Source: Phoronis australis (Eukaryota; Animalia; Phoronida). Taken from it: 64,000 bases of DNA. Both the position numbers and the translations under genes were made by a program. Shown here in pieces: positions 21,801-33,997 of the stretch (its first letter is position 1; every line of letters begins with the position of its first letter). Below the pieces are notes generated by a model that was not told the DNA's origin, ran no database searches, and saw only the letters and a program-made list of their open reading frames with translations. The stretch is from NCBI GenBank assembly GCA_002633005.1, contig NMRA01000226.1, positions 549,004-613,003 on the forward strand, read 5' to 3'.

Positions 21801-24800
21801 AGCAATTTGAAACACATTTGCAGCAACGAAAGGAGCACTTTGTACCCCGTTTCGGCAGCACGCAGAAAATCGCACTGAGGCGGCCTAGCACTAGCAGCCA
21901 ACGCCCGGGCGTGCATGTGGGATTAAACAAAAGAACTTCATACAACACTCACATCCCACAATTTCAATCCAACAAATAACCGGTTACGGTTGAATTTCCT
22001 TTCAGGAAGCGTTGTGTTTCCGACTCCAACTTAGTCCAAGGCGACTCGGCCACGCACTCCGTAATTGTTCCTCCATCAAAGTTTACAGAGTGCAAACCTT
22101 AACTTATGTTGTTTGTGACGACATTGATCGTTTCTTTTATCCACTTTTTCCACAAAATATTCTGTCTACTCCACGCTACACACATTTTTGACTGAAGAAT
22201 CGCACTATTTGTCACCGCAATTTTATTCCAAATGCAGACGCCATTGATGAACCACGCTGTCCCAAGCACAGGCGCTTGATTTTATCTGTTCCTCGATCAC
22301 CACTGACATCACTCACTACTAAGAAAACATGTTTCTTACATATGATTACGAGTCATCGGGAAATTCAAGCGCTTGTGATCCCAGGTGCCCCAGCAATTAC
22401 AATTTTCGTTCCTCCGAAACATAAAGAGCAGTTTCTGCTTTTCGAGTCGCCGGGAACGCCGCGGTGAGAAACCAATTTGAAGCGATAATTTTATGGCAAA
22501 TCCAATTTTTCCATAGAGGGAATAAGAGAAAAAAGCAAAAATCTGCTTTTCCGCAGAAAATTCTACACTTTGAATAGTAAAAATGGCCACAAGATGGTGC
22601 AAAATGTCTCGATTCATTCAAAAACGGTAAGATAGCGTTATCTCAATGAAAGATGCCTATGTGCCAAATTTCATGAAAATCAGTTGAGGACCTTTGAAGA
22701 TACAGAGGCAAACGTAAAAACCTAAAATTGCCACTAGGGGGCACAGCAGTATTCGGGTCGGTCCGGAATTCGTCACCATCTGTTGTCAATGACATAGAAA
22801 CACACCTCCCAAATTTTAATAAGATCCTGCAATCCGAGTTTAGGAGATTCAGCCGCGAACACCGGATGCCCAGACAGAGATTACGGCAATTCATGCATAA
22901 AAAGGTTGGTGACATATCTCTTCCCATCAAAAAATGAACAGAATTTCTCATTAAAAATGTTCAGCTCATTTTCCTATGACTAGGTGTTATTTTTATCAGA
23001 TTTACTTGTTTTCTATAACTTTGACAAAACTAGCCAATTTGCCAAAATACCAACTTTTTAATAAGCAAAGGCACTATGAGCCATGTTTTTGTGTCAAAAA
23101 TTACTTTCTTTGTTGGCATATTTGCTCTTCCAAAGCAATGTCATCATGGTCTTATCTTTCGGTTGAATTGAAATTTGTACACCAAATAATATATGTAACA
23201 ACAACACTACTTCAGCAGCTCAAGATTTGTGACGAACATAAATAACAAGCCGGGTACACAGACTTTTATAGCTTATGGGCTACTGCACATCATGGGAGGG
23301 GTTGACTTCAAGAACCTCAAGCTAACAGTACATCAGCACTCACCAGCTTTCTGATGCATCATGAATTGTTCTGCAGAGCTGTATTCTTGTTTGTCGATGG
23401 TAAATCTACAGAGGTGGTGTTGGCTGAATGGTTGGTCAGAACCAAAGAAGAAGGTGTACTTGTCTTCAGCACTCAACCTTTTCCTCAGATCTGTTAGGAT
23501 AAACCCTAGCTTGTTTCCTCCCTTCCACAACTCCCTCTCCTTAGCCCTGGGGTCATCTGGAGGCATGCCGATGCTCAAATGTCTATTACTGTAGCTGGCA
23601 AACACAAACATATCCCCCTCTGTAGACAGAAGTTTTTCTTTTAGGTTTGAATTCTGTGAGAACTGAAAGAAGTATTAAAAACAAATTTCATTCACATCTG
23701 ACTCCAAATACAAAACAATCATGCCTAAGGTTATGTCGTTACCCTTGAACATTTTCAGCTGCATGAGGCTTTTAGCTTCAATGAGAATGACATTCACAAT
23801 TCATGAATCATACTAATTTTCATACACTGGAAGGTGAAAAGGTGTGACAGTAATTATAATCATGAAAGTTGGTGTTAGTTCAACTTTCTTAAGATATGTC
23901 AACTGTAAGATTTTCAAAGACACTGTCTCATTTCAGTACAAATTCAGTGTATGATTTCTGAACAACAGATAAATTGCAAAAGCTTTCAAGGAACAGAAGA
24001 GAGTGTACGTAATGCATTGGAGGCCCAAAAGAACCGACACGATCCTCCATTTTAAGTATGTGCAACGAATGGTAAATCCTTTAAGTTCAGTTAAAGGTAT
24101 ATTGTGTGCTGGGACTTTGGCTTAAAAACTTTTTCGTACTAAATTGAATAATACTTTAAATTTAGCAATTTTTTACCTATCAATGTAGTGTTGAAACATT
24201 TACTACGTAAGCCAACACTGCGTGTATTATCTTATATCACATGGAGTACATTTGCCTGCGCGAAAGTACTTCACTTTTATCATTTTGCTCGGTAGACGGC
24301 ACTTTTGTAAACATGGTGGCTCGCGATTTCTGGTTTAGGCAGTAGGCCTATCGCATTTTTGAATCAATGTAAAATGTTACTAAACAACTGTTGTAAATCA
24401 CTCAAATGCCGACTCAAATCAATCTCCGAACCGGGAATCTGGGAACCAGCCATGTACGCCTGCACGGTGGTACTTGCTTAAAAAGTGAGTTAAGAGAGGT
24501 CTGAATTGAAGATAAATTGGTGATTTTCGACACATCACTATGACTGTGGCCGCTTATAGCCAGATGGAACACATCAGTGACAGCAAATGTCTAGACTTGA
24601 CCAGGCGAATATACGTGTTGTTGGTCACTTTATACTTGGGAAAAATGGGAAACAAACAACAGGTCAAGGACATGGTCGAAAAAAGTCGATGAACGTAACA
24701 CCTGAATAATACTCCACTAAAAAGGCAAAGTCAAACATATGCATATTATGTACCAAACTGTTATACTCTGACTCTCACACACACGAAGTTAAAAAATGCT

Positions 24801-27800
24801 GCATTAAAGCAGAGGTACTTGGACTTTTTTGAACTCGTTTACATTCAATTCAACAATGATTTGCTAGACACTAGGCCTGTGTTTATCTGCAGCTCATGCA
24901 TTCAGTTTTGCACAAAACTCACACACCTGCAGAAATCCGAAAGAATGGATGTCAGCATTCTCATTGCTCAGTCTGAAGATCGACAGAAACATGTACTAAT
25001 TGATTCGCCATCTGTTTCTAAGAATAAGCCAACAGGAGCCAAGAGATTGTTAAATTTTGATTCCGAGTTAGTTGACCATGGGTATTCAGTATCTAAGGAT
25101 TATCAACAATCCAACCCTTTCCTGTCAAACGTGTCTAAAGACTCAACTAAGCAACTTGTTCGGGAACTGTTGTTTAAAATCAGAACATCTTTGGACGATC
25201 TTTGCAAGTGTGCTTAGACTTCCCATGAGGGACCTGGATGACAAGCCGTTTCTTTTAAAAATTGTGAAAGAAGTGGAAAATCGTCCACATGGGCTACCAC
25301 TTCTGTGTGTCATTCACTTCATATTGCTGTGACGAAGAATGACTTCACTGTAGCCATAATGTATGGGATGCATGCAGACGTTTGCCAAAAAGCTTCAACT
25401 CTGTGCCGTACAGAGGCTATTGTCTGCTGTGTGTATTCGTCATCATGCTGGCAATGGTGTACGTTTGAACATTTTTCAGATAGATCACATTTATAGCTTA
25501 ATTGTTTTTTTCAACATATATTTTTAGCAAAGGTGACGTAGTTGATGATAGCAATTAGAATGGTGATATGTTACATTAAAAATTCTCCCTATTAAGACAC
25601 CCTCCTAAATTCAGAACACAGAAATTATGGCTGAAATTTAATTTTTTTCATCCTGAAATTTGAGGCGTGTTTCGTATTTTTCAAATTCCTAACGCTATGT
25701 TGTAGCATAACAGATTGCAAGAATACTCCTGTAAGTTCATAAAAAGTGACTCTCATGACAAACATTTAATACATTGTTGCCATTCNATGATCTCAGTGCT
25801 TAATATGCTTAAGGGGGCTTTGATCAAAGAATAATATTTTTATTGGTTAGACTGATACATATCAAGGGAACTTGTGCCATGTGATAAAATGTTATTGTTT
25901 ACATATGTTTCGGAAAAATAAATGGTTTAACGAGATAATGAAATGTTACAATTGTGTCTTTAGCATCTAACGTCAATGCTTAATACAGGATTACTTTTAC
26001 ATAAACATTTAAAATGTTACAGATTTTGGATTTCCTATATATAGTTAAGGTTAAGAATGCATGCCTACATGATGTTTTCTGCACATTTGTTGCTTTGATA
26101 ACACTATCACTGATGGTGTTACTCTATCAAAAACCAAAAATTAAAGGGCAATTTTAACAGTAAAATTACCCATAAAAATCTTATTTTAATGATGTGGATT
26201 TCCGACTCTGTCCCAATTTTTGTACTTCAGGGTGACCTAAAAGGGCTGCTGAGTTCCTTGTTAATTCCAGGTTGTTGTGTCTCTTGGAGGCATTTTTTAT
26301 TTAGTGCATCTGCATTGAATAAATTTATGTTTTTGATTATTGTTTGGCAGCTTTCCCAGATTTCCGCAAAACTTCCAGGCTCAGATTTGGAAATTCTGTA
26401 TTAGAAAAGGCATAAAAATTGGTGCTGTGAAACCTGTTGTGATACGAATAGATGTTATTGAAAGTATTTTTTGTCTGAATTAAACTCACCATTCGAACAA
26501 AATGTGTCCTTCGTTGATTACCAGAATTGCCACGTTGGAAGCTAATTCCTTGTTTTGGAAGCTAATTCCTTGTTTTGCAAGCGTTTCACACCATCACTTG
26601 TTGATGTCAAGAGTCTCAGGGTTAGCATACACTACTTGATAATTTCCTTTAATTATATCACTAATTGGAACACTTAGGCGGATTTAGGGGGGGGTGCATG
26701 GGCTGCTGCAAGCAAAATGAAACAGCAATAGCACGACGCACGAGGAAATATAACCAGGACCGCTACTGGAGAAGGGGGGGGACCCAGACCCCAGATCGTG
26801 GCGGGCTCTCGTTCCCGTTTTTTAATTTTTAAAATTTTTTTTAGTCGATAGATTTCCTGAACACAAGGTTCATACTCCGGGCTGCCGCAACTTTCGGGAC
26901 GCCTGTACACATACAACCATGCTCAGTCCAATTCCTCGAGGCAACATGTTGGGGCCCCCCCTTCTGGTCTCTGATCCGCCACTGGTACAGTACTACAAAA
27001 CGTCACCACTAGTTTCTTCATCATCAGTATCATCATCACCAATGTCTTGCACAAAAAAATAGTAGCTATTCTGGCATTGTAATTAGTGCACGGCAAAGAT
27101 GTACTAAAGTTTGGTGAACAACGGGCTAATAAGCAAACAAATTGCAGTTCAGTGTGGGAACGTCAATAGCGCAATTAGTTGATCAGTCAACTGCACTTCT
27201 TCTGTCAGTTTTATTTTAATCGCACAGTGAACCTTTTATGTTCACTTAGTGATAACTAAACCGTTTCAATGATGTTTTTCGTTTTAAAATTGCTTCAATT
27301 AATACTACACAATTAATACTACAGGTACTCCGATATCGTCTGCATTCGTCGCGATTCTACTCGGGGATTTTATTGACAAGGAATTCTCCAAGTATGCATG
27401 ACAAGGGAGATAAGATTTTATTTTGATACATATGCGAGTCGACAAATACGNATGTCTTGCACAAAAAAATAGTAGCTATTCTGGTATTGTAATTAGTGCA
27501 CGGCAAAGATGTACTAAAGTTTGGTGAACAACGGGCAGCGGCTAATAAGCAAACAAATTGCAGTTCAGTGTGGGAATGTCAATAGCGCAATTAGTTGATC
27601 AGTCAACTGCACTTCTTCTGTCAGTTTTATTTTAATCGCACAGTGAACCTTTTATGTTCACTTAGTGATAACTAAACCGTTTCAATGATGTTTTTCGTTT
27701 TAAAATTGCTTCAATTAATACTACACAATTAATACTACAGGTACTCCGATATCGTCTGCATTCGTCGCTATTCTACTCGAGGATTTTATTGACAAGGAAT

Positions 27801-30800
27801 TCCCCAAGTATGCATGACAAGGGAGATAAGATTTTATTTTGATACATATACGAGTCGACAAATACGGATTTTCTCATGTACAAGGACTATAATTACCATT
27901 TTTAAGAACTTAGTCCTAACTGCTACAACAATGACGAAACGTTTTTCTGCAGTTTATTTAGCGCGGATACAAACCGATATGATCTCGCGAGATCCAGCCT
28001 CATCACCCGTTTTTCGTGGTATTTTGTATATGTGATGTGCCATATGTGAAAGACTAGTCGCCAACAGACTAGAGCGACGTCTTTCGGGAAAATGGTGTTG
28101 AAATACTTGAATATGATTCAAATCCTGCTCACTGATTTTGAAAGCAGTGAAATCTATGCAACTAAATGAGCGAGATGTGCACTGCAATATGACACTTTTA
28201 GCAATGGCCGCCGCTCAGGCACACCATGTAATTTACCTTTGCATAGTTAGCATCCTTGAATATCCTCATTGACCCGTCATTCCATATTTTATGCACAAAA
28301 TGACGTATTTCCCTTTCCATTTGCTTCAGTTCCTGGGGATTCTTAAGGTCAAGTATTGTCTTGGCCATTTTACCATCTTCGAACATCACTAAAAGAAAAT
28401 ATGCTTTTTATAATCAGGCAGCGCAAAGTGATATGGTGTTATCATCTCATTCAATTAAATTGTTATAATATTGATGTTTGCCCTAACTAGCACTTACTGT
28501 TTTCATCCCACGCCAAGGGTAAAAAAATTAGAATCCTACGCTGATACCATCAGCGGTAGAGACTCTGGTTAGCATACCGCAAAATCTGCATGCTGCAAAG
28601 ATTTAAGACACTTTTGAATGCCAATGTCCCACTTCTCCAGACTTTTTGTTTACCAGCTGAACTTAAACACCTTAGACAGTAACCTTGACAACACACAATA
28701 AACCCACGGATAATAGAATCCTTAAATCTGTCAGCAAAAATGCACAATACAAAAAAAATGCCGGATATAGTTTGTGTAGCATGACACCCAATCCATCAGG
28801 GTGCGAACTTACCAGTTACTTTTACGTCATTGATCAAAATCCAGTAGTGGGAAAACAGGGCTGTTACCCTGCAGTGAGCTGAATCATGGGGGTACTCCAC
28901 AGTATTTCTAACAGAGGTGATGATGGAAATTTAGATAGTTGACTCAAAAAGAATACACCAGTGCAGTATGGAAAAGTGACTTGAAGAGGTTTGTTCTAGA
29001 AACTTCACCTTTAAAGGGCCGGGTTAATTTCATACCTTACCCATCCCTAAGGATTCATGGATAGCTGTCTTTTAACCCCAAAAAGCCAGAAACAGCTCAA
29101 GAATTGAAACCAATGAGTATATCTTTTGCACCCTAACTTTAATTGCTAGATAATTTTAAAAATCCTTCATGTAGATGTTTTCAAAATTGTAACTATCTTC
29201 TGTATAGTTTTGAATTCCCTATGGGAATCTTTTGTGGGCAACTGTAAATAACACACATTAAAATGCAGAGTGATAATTATTTATGAAGTAAATGATTTGT
29301 TTTTTGCTTCAAGCATTATCATACCATGAAGAACTGGTGAAGGGCTTATTAGTGATTTGATTCTTATGCAATATTTGGTTGAAAAACGGCGGAGTTAAGA
29401 AAAGTTTAAAAGTGACAATATAAATTAAAGAAGCTATGTGAAACTTTATCAATCTGCCTAATGCTATAATAATAATAATAATAATGTTTCCTTATTATAT
29501 TAGAGATCCAGTGGTACTTGATCATGTGGACATATTGTAAGTTCTCAAAATTGTTTAAAGGAGCATGCCACCCAAAAAACAGCCTAATTAGTATCAATTT
29601 AGATCAAGTAGTTCTACTCCATAACGACACGTACGGTTGCATTACCTGACACCTGACGGCAGACGGAGGTGTTGAAATTATCCAATGACGTCATCGGTTT
29701 CACACGCAGTCTGTTCAGCAGTTCACAACACGGGTTACTGGTGTCAGCTTATCGCTTGAAGTCATCATTTAACACCAATAAATCATCAAACTTCGATGTA
29801 AAACGCTTAAAAATACACTGAGTTCTTATAAAAACGTGTTGTTTTATTTCGTTCTTACGGATTTATTGGTATTTGGACACACCGTAGCCTACAAAGTTCG
29901 GCCAGCCAATAAGGTCCGTAGCAAGAGTTTGGGGTCTGTTCGGAGATAATTTCGAAGTATTTTCCGTGAGATACAGACAGGAGAACCTAGATCTGTGTTG
30001 TTTAGACTTGTGATTTTTTGAGTTCTAAACACAAAACGCTTGTTATCCTGGCCAGTGGCTCGGAGCCTCATCAGGCCCGTCGCGGCCAACCGGATCGACT
30101 CGTTATCCCGGCGGCCAGTAGCTCGGAAACTGATCAGACATCACGAACATAAACCAGCCAAAGTTCAGTGGACACTAAACTTACAGTCAAGAAAATACTA
30201 TACTAGTGAGCCAAAACAATGTGCACCTGATTATGTTGGTGAATTAGCCACGAAACTGCTAATCTACTTACTCGTTGGGGGCCGCGAATTCAGGTCGTGT
30301 TCCGCTTTGGCTACAGCACCGTCAGGGAAGTTGTACATTGACAATCATTATTTGAGTAATGCAAATGTAAATGAAGATTACCCTAACACCTGGCCGTGGG
30401 ATGGAAATCGAGTTGTTTCACAACAGTTTCTGCCAGCAAACATTAAATTAGCATGAGCTCACAAGGCCTCGGTGTCCCGTCAATTAGTTTTATTGCACCT
30501 AAAGCCGCGGTAACGCAGTGATTTATTCATTGCTGGCTTCTCAAATCATTTGCACTCACGAACACTCCAAAGGCATTACAAATTGCATCTAATGATACAG
30601 ACTTTGTTTCAGTTTTATATAAGTATTGGTTAGGGTGAGAATAATTCATTTTGAAAAAGAACGCTCAGTATAAACGCTAACATGGCAACTAGCAATCCCG
30701 ACTTAGGACGAGCTAGAGCTCATCAGTCCTGACTTCGCATGTGGATCGTTAAGTTTTACAGGCTATCAATTCGAACAGGAATACAGTGATGAAGAAATAC

Positions 30801-32638
30801 TACAAGCTCAGACAAATGAACGTATGGAGTTATTTGGTAAGCCGGCACTCATCAGGCACTGTCGACGTCTGCAGGCCACAGACACGGAGATTTTCACGGC
30901 CTCATATACTTGCTATTTACAGCGTACATTTCATTCTTCACTACCATGAGCCACTTCCTATAAGCATTTCGGGCTCTCGAGAAAGTAAAAAAACGATATA
31001 CCCGCTTTCCTCGCAGCTGCTTAGTTCGGACAAGCGGGAATGATGCACCGCAACATAGCGGCATTCACTCTGCATATGAACCACTGACGTCGCTAGCGCC
31101 GTTTCTCACCTTCCTCACAGGTTAACGCGACACCTCTAGGCAAGGTAAGGTCGACCGTATGCGAGGCGATGTGGATATAGACCGATTAAGACGGCAAAAA
31201 AGACTAACTAAATCGGGTGGCATTCTCCTTTAATACGTTTAGATGGCTTTAAGTTCAGCCTAGCTGCTATATAAGCAGCGGTACTACCCAGGGCTGGCTT
31301 CCTGAATCGCAAGTGAATGATCCTCCATTTGACTAAATTCAGGGCCTTAATACGAAAACTTGTTCGAAAACTATAGACCAAATTTGTTCCAAAGAAGTTT
31401 TCAGTGCTAACAATTCTAAACGTACTTCATTTCTACAAAACAAACATTCCATCCTAGGCCCTATATTCCATAACAAAGAACCAACACCAGATCAAACAAA
31501 TGCAAACAAATCCCATGCATGCGCGGCCCAAACTCAGCAGAGCGAGATTCAAGTTGCATTCCAGGTCTACAGTTCTATGGTTAAAGTAAAAAATAACTTC
31601 CAATTCAGGCCACATACTGTTGAATGGCTTTTGTTCTTTATTTTCTGGACTAGACCTGTTGGTTACTGCTTGGTGCCATACCAATTTGTTGAGTCTGATC
31701 TTAAGGAATAGCAAGCTGTAAGCTTTCTTCATGAAATCACTTCCAACTCAATTAAGGAACAAGTGAGACATCAGATTTGCTGTCTTGTAAATGGCCTAAA
31801 TCCAAGGTAACTTTTGACAAAAGATGTCAGTTTATGACTGAACACTTGTCGTCATGGAAATTTTTTTAATGTCAGCACCACCAAGCAGGGTTACACATAG
31901 GGAAAACATTTCTGCACCTTAACTCTCATTCAAAATGGCTGAACAGCTTCATTTTCACATACCTGCTTTCTGATATACCACATAATGCTGAGCTGATTTG
32001 AAAGTCAAACCCTCAGCAGAAAACGAGCAAGGATAATCCAAACAAAACGGTGATTCTTCCCCAAATACAAAGTAGGATTGAGGCCCATCTGGCACTTTCT
32101 GACGTCTGTGGTGGTTACGGTCATAATTGCCATGTGACTCTTTCCGAGACCCCCCTTGGCTACGGTATGGCTTTTGGCGATACTCCTTGTTAAATCCTGA
32201 ATTTTGGCGAGCTTCTCCCCAGTAACCTCCTCTGTTATGTCGATTATCTGCAGAGTGACCTCCTCGATAGTGGTTCTTCTGATCGTCGTAATAATCAGAA
32301 TGCTGCTCCAAATGGTGTCCGCTCGACAAATCCGCGCTTTTACTATGCCCATATTCAGATGGTCTGTCTTGACGGTAGCCATGCTGTCCCTCCTGATATT
32401 TAAGCCCCTGTTCCACATTGTGTCTTGTCCATTGACCTCCTCTGTGTTGGTGCCCATCTTCATACGGTCCGTCTTGATGACGACCCCTTTGTCGGAAATG
32501 GAAATGCTGCTCGTTCTGGCCTCCGATCCTTGAATCTCTTTCTCCATCTTTGCCGTGTTGCTCATTTTTTGAACGTCCCTTTCTTCTTCGTTTTTTGGAT
32601 TTTCCGGGCTTGTCTTCATGACCTTTAGTTGACGCCAT
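17859..32638 (-). CDS. Tandem NADAR (YbiA-like N-glycosidase / ADP-ribosylhydrolase family) domain protein with a low-complexity N-terminus and acidic repeat tail, about 824 aa
   Basis: Exons 32638-31963, 28388-28237, 23662-23344, 19370-19219 and 19034-17859 have GT/AG boundaries and compatible phases (2475 nt in total). Domain 2 carries NADAR motifs FSQ, SAEQFMMHQKA, KALGRKV, AKFSQN, TGKRTLVEASPFDKIWGIG, WRGANQLG and EVRETL. Domain 1 is a divergent copy. Confidence 0.88.
19744..22935. mobile_element. Repeat element with internal units of about 125-190 bp (Helentron/HINE-like), interrupted by a nested insertion
   Basis: Recurring unit aaaa(c/t)tgccactagggggc...tgtcaac...gccaa(a)tttca..aaaatc...ggagatacag from 19830 to 21040, resuming at 22573-22860. 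The class assignment is inference. Confidence 0.55.
21042..22572. mobile_element. Nested insertion (possible hAT-like non-autonomous element)
   Basis: It splits a repeat unit mid-motif, is flanked by an AATAGT duplication (21036-21041 and 22573-22578) and starts cagggcttgg. Confidence 0.4.
24091..28200. mobile_element. Decayed DNA-transposon-like region with a zinc-finger ORF remnant
   Basis: Starts ttaaaggtatattg, with a weak inverted match at about 28178-28200. A frameshifted plus-strand remnant at about 24720-25330 carries CILC...ICSSC. Boundaries are uncertain. Confidence 0.35.
27042..27866. repeat. Tandem duplication of about 410 bp abutting N 27451 (probable assembly/haplotype artefact)
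   Basis: 27042-27450 and 27452-27866 are near-identical and separated by one N. Confidence 0.88.
29555..31233. mobile_element. Non-autonomous Kolobok-like DNA transposon, copy 2 (NADAR gene intron)
   Basis: ttaa-aggagcatgccaccc ... gggtggcattctcct-ttaa; colinear with 10424-12110 over about 1.68 kb with scattered substitutions and indels. Confidence 0.8.
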
Positions 32639-33077
32639 GAGAAATGATAATGTAGGTGACTGAAATAAACAGATCTGAAAATACAAGAAAATTAAATAGA
32701 AATCAATTAATAAGGTTCAAGTTCACCTGAAGAGAAAGGTGCCTGCTTGTGCCTAATCTGAGAGGAAGTTTTTAAGTGCTAATTTTATGACGAAAACTGC
32801 CACAAATTGTCATATGTGTTCGAATGTTTAGAGATTCTGTGTCGACGTAATGGACATCTTCAATGCAATTTCCGTTTGGGAATATGTCTGTCAGTATTCT
32901 AAATTTCATGTTTTCTGTCTAGCAGTTTCTTGGTTGGTACCCAAATCAGGTTGTACAAAGTATGCCATTTAAATGAAAAGAAAGTACATATATGAAAGCA
33001 GTTGTTGTTGTATTCTGGTTTGTATATACGGTCTTTCATGCAATAACTCTTCGTACATTAATTTAGTATAGATCACC

Positions 33078-33155
33078 CTCCCTCCCTCCCTNCTCCCTCC
33101 CTGCCTGCCTACCTCCCTCCCTCCCTGCCTACCTCCCTCTCTCTTTCCCTCTCTC
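33078..33155. repeat. (CCCT)n / CT-rich microsatellite
   Basis: Direct inspection; contains an N. Confidence 0.8.
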
Positions 33156-33326
33156 TGAGTCAGAATCAATCAGAAGTCAGTTTCATATTCTCATTTTTCT
33201 AAAGAGGACCAATATGAAAAGGCCCCTATTGCCTTATACACTGCTTGGGGCTGACCTCATGAAGAAATTTTTCTTGGAAATGGATAAGTAGGTATGTGGG
33301 GTAGTGAACTATCACAGATGAATTTT

Positions 33327-33701
33327 TGTGCGTGAACTTGGAATACACAAGGAAACTTTGACAAGTTCACTCAAATAATCATGTTCACCTTGATAAAAAT
33401 TTGTATCACACTAAATCTAATTACATGTTGATAAAATCGTAAATTTTAACCAATCCTTTTTCATCTACTGGCTATCTCATTCACCAAAGAATAATTGAGT
33501 TAACAATTCACGCACATAGACACCCGATCCTTTGACACATTGAGGAGAAAATGGGTGATTATAAGGCCAATAATTACAAAAATTCGTCTTTACACTGCAC
33601 AATTAAAAATTCACTTGGTTGCCCATAAATGGATATTCATTTCCAAGTTGACGAATACACGATTTTGAGATTTTAAAGCAGGATTCTAAATTCACGCACA
33701 G
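33327..33701. mobile_element. MITE-like element, copy 1
   Basis: Inverted ends tgtgcgtgaacttggaat / attctaaattcacgcaca; internally similar to 33998-34428. Confidence 0.6.
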
Positions 33702-33997
33702 CAGAATGTCTGAATCTGCAGTTGGCAGACAGCTGCACAGCCGCTTCAGAATGAGCCTTCACACATGCAAGCGACCATGCAGCCTCCTGCCTTTAATACT
33801 CACTAAAATGATATGGTAAAAATACTTCAGTCTCTAGTAAAATTTGGACACCAATTAGGTTGAAATTTAATTTTCTTGATTCTGATGACACATGCCCCAC
33901 TCGTACATATTTCACAACCTAGAACATTTTGATTGAGTCTAAATTAGACTTCGCTTCAAAGAATTATCAAAATTAGCTACCACATAACTTGGCACCA

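Noticed and set aside
27042-27866. 410-bp direct repeat as LTRs or long terminal direct repeats
   Set aside because: There is no internal sequence between the copies, only an N; it shows the same artefact pattern as 6707.
30040-30456. 138-aa ORF inside the Kolobok-like element as a transposase
   Set aside because: There are no recognisable transposase motifs, and the equivalent region of copy 1 has stops and indels.
17859-32638. Bacterial contamination or a DarT-NADAR toxin-antitoxin operon
   Set aside because: The gene has spliceosomal introns and animal neighbours, and no ADP-ribosyltransferase toxin ORF was seen in the window.
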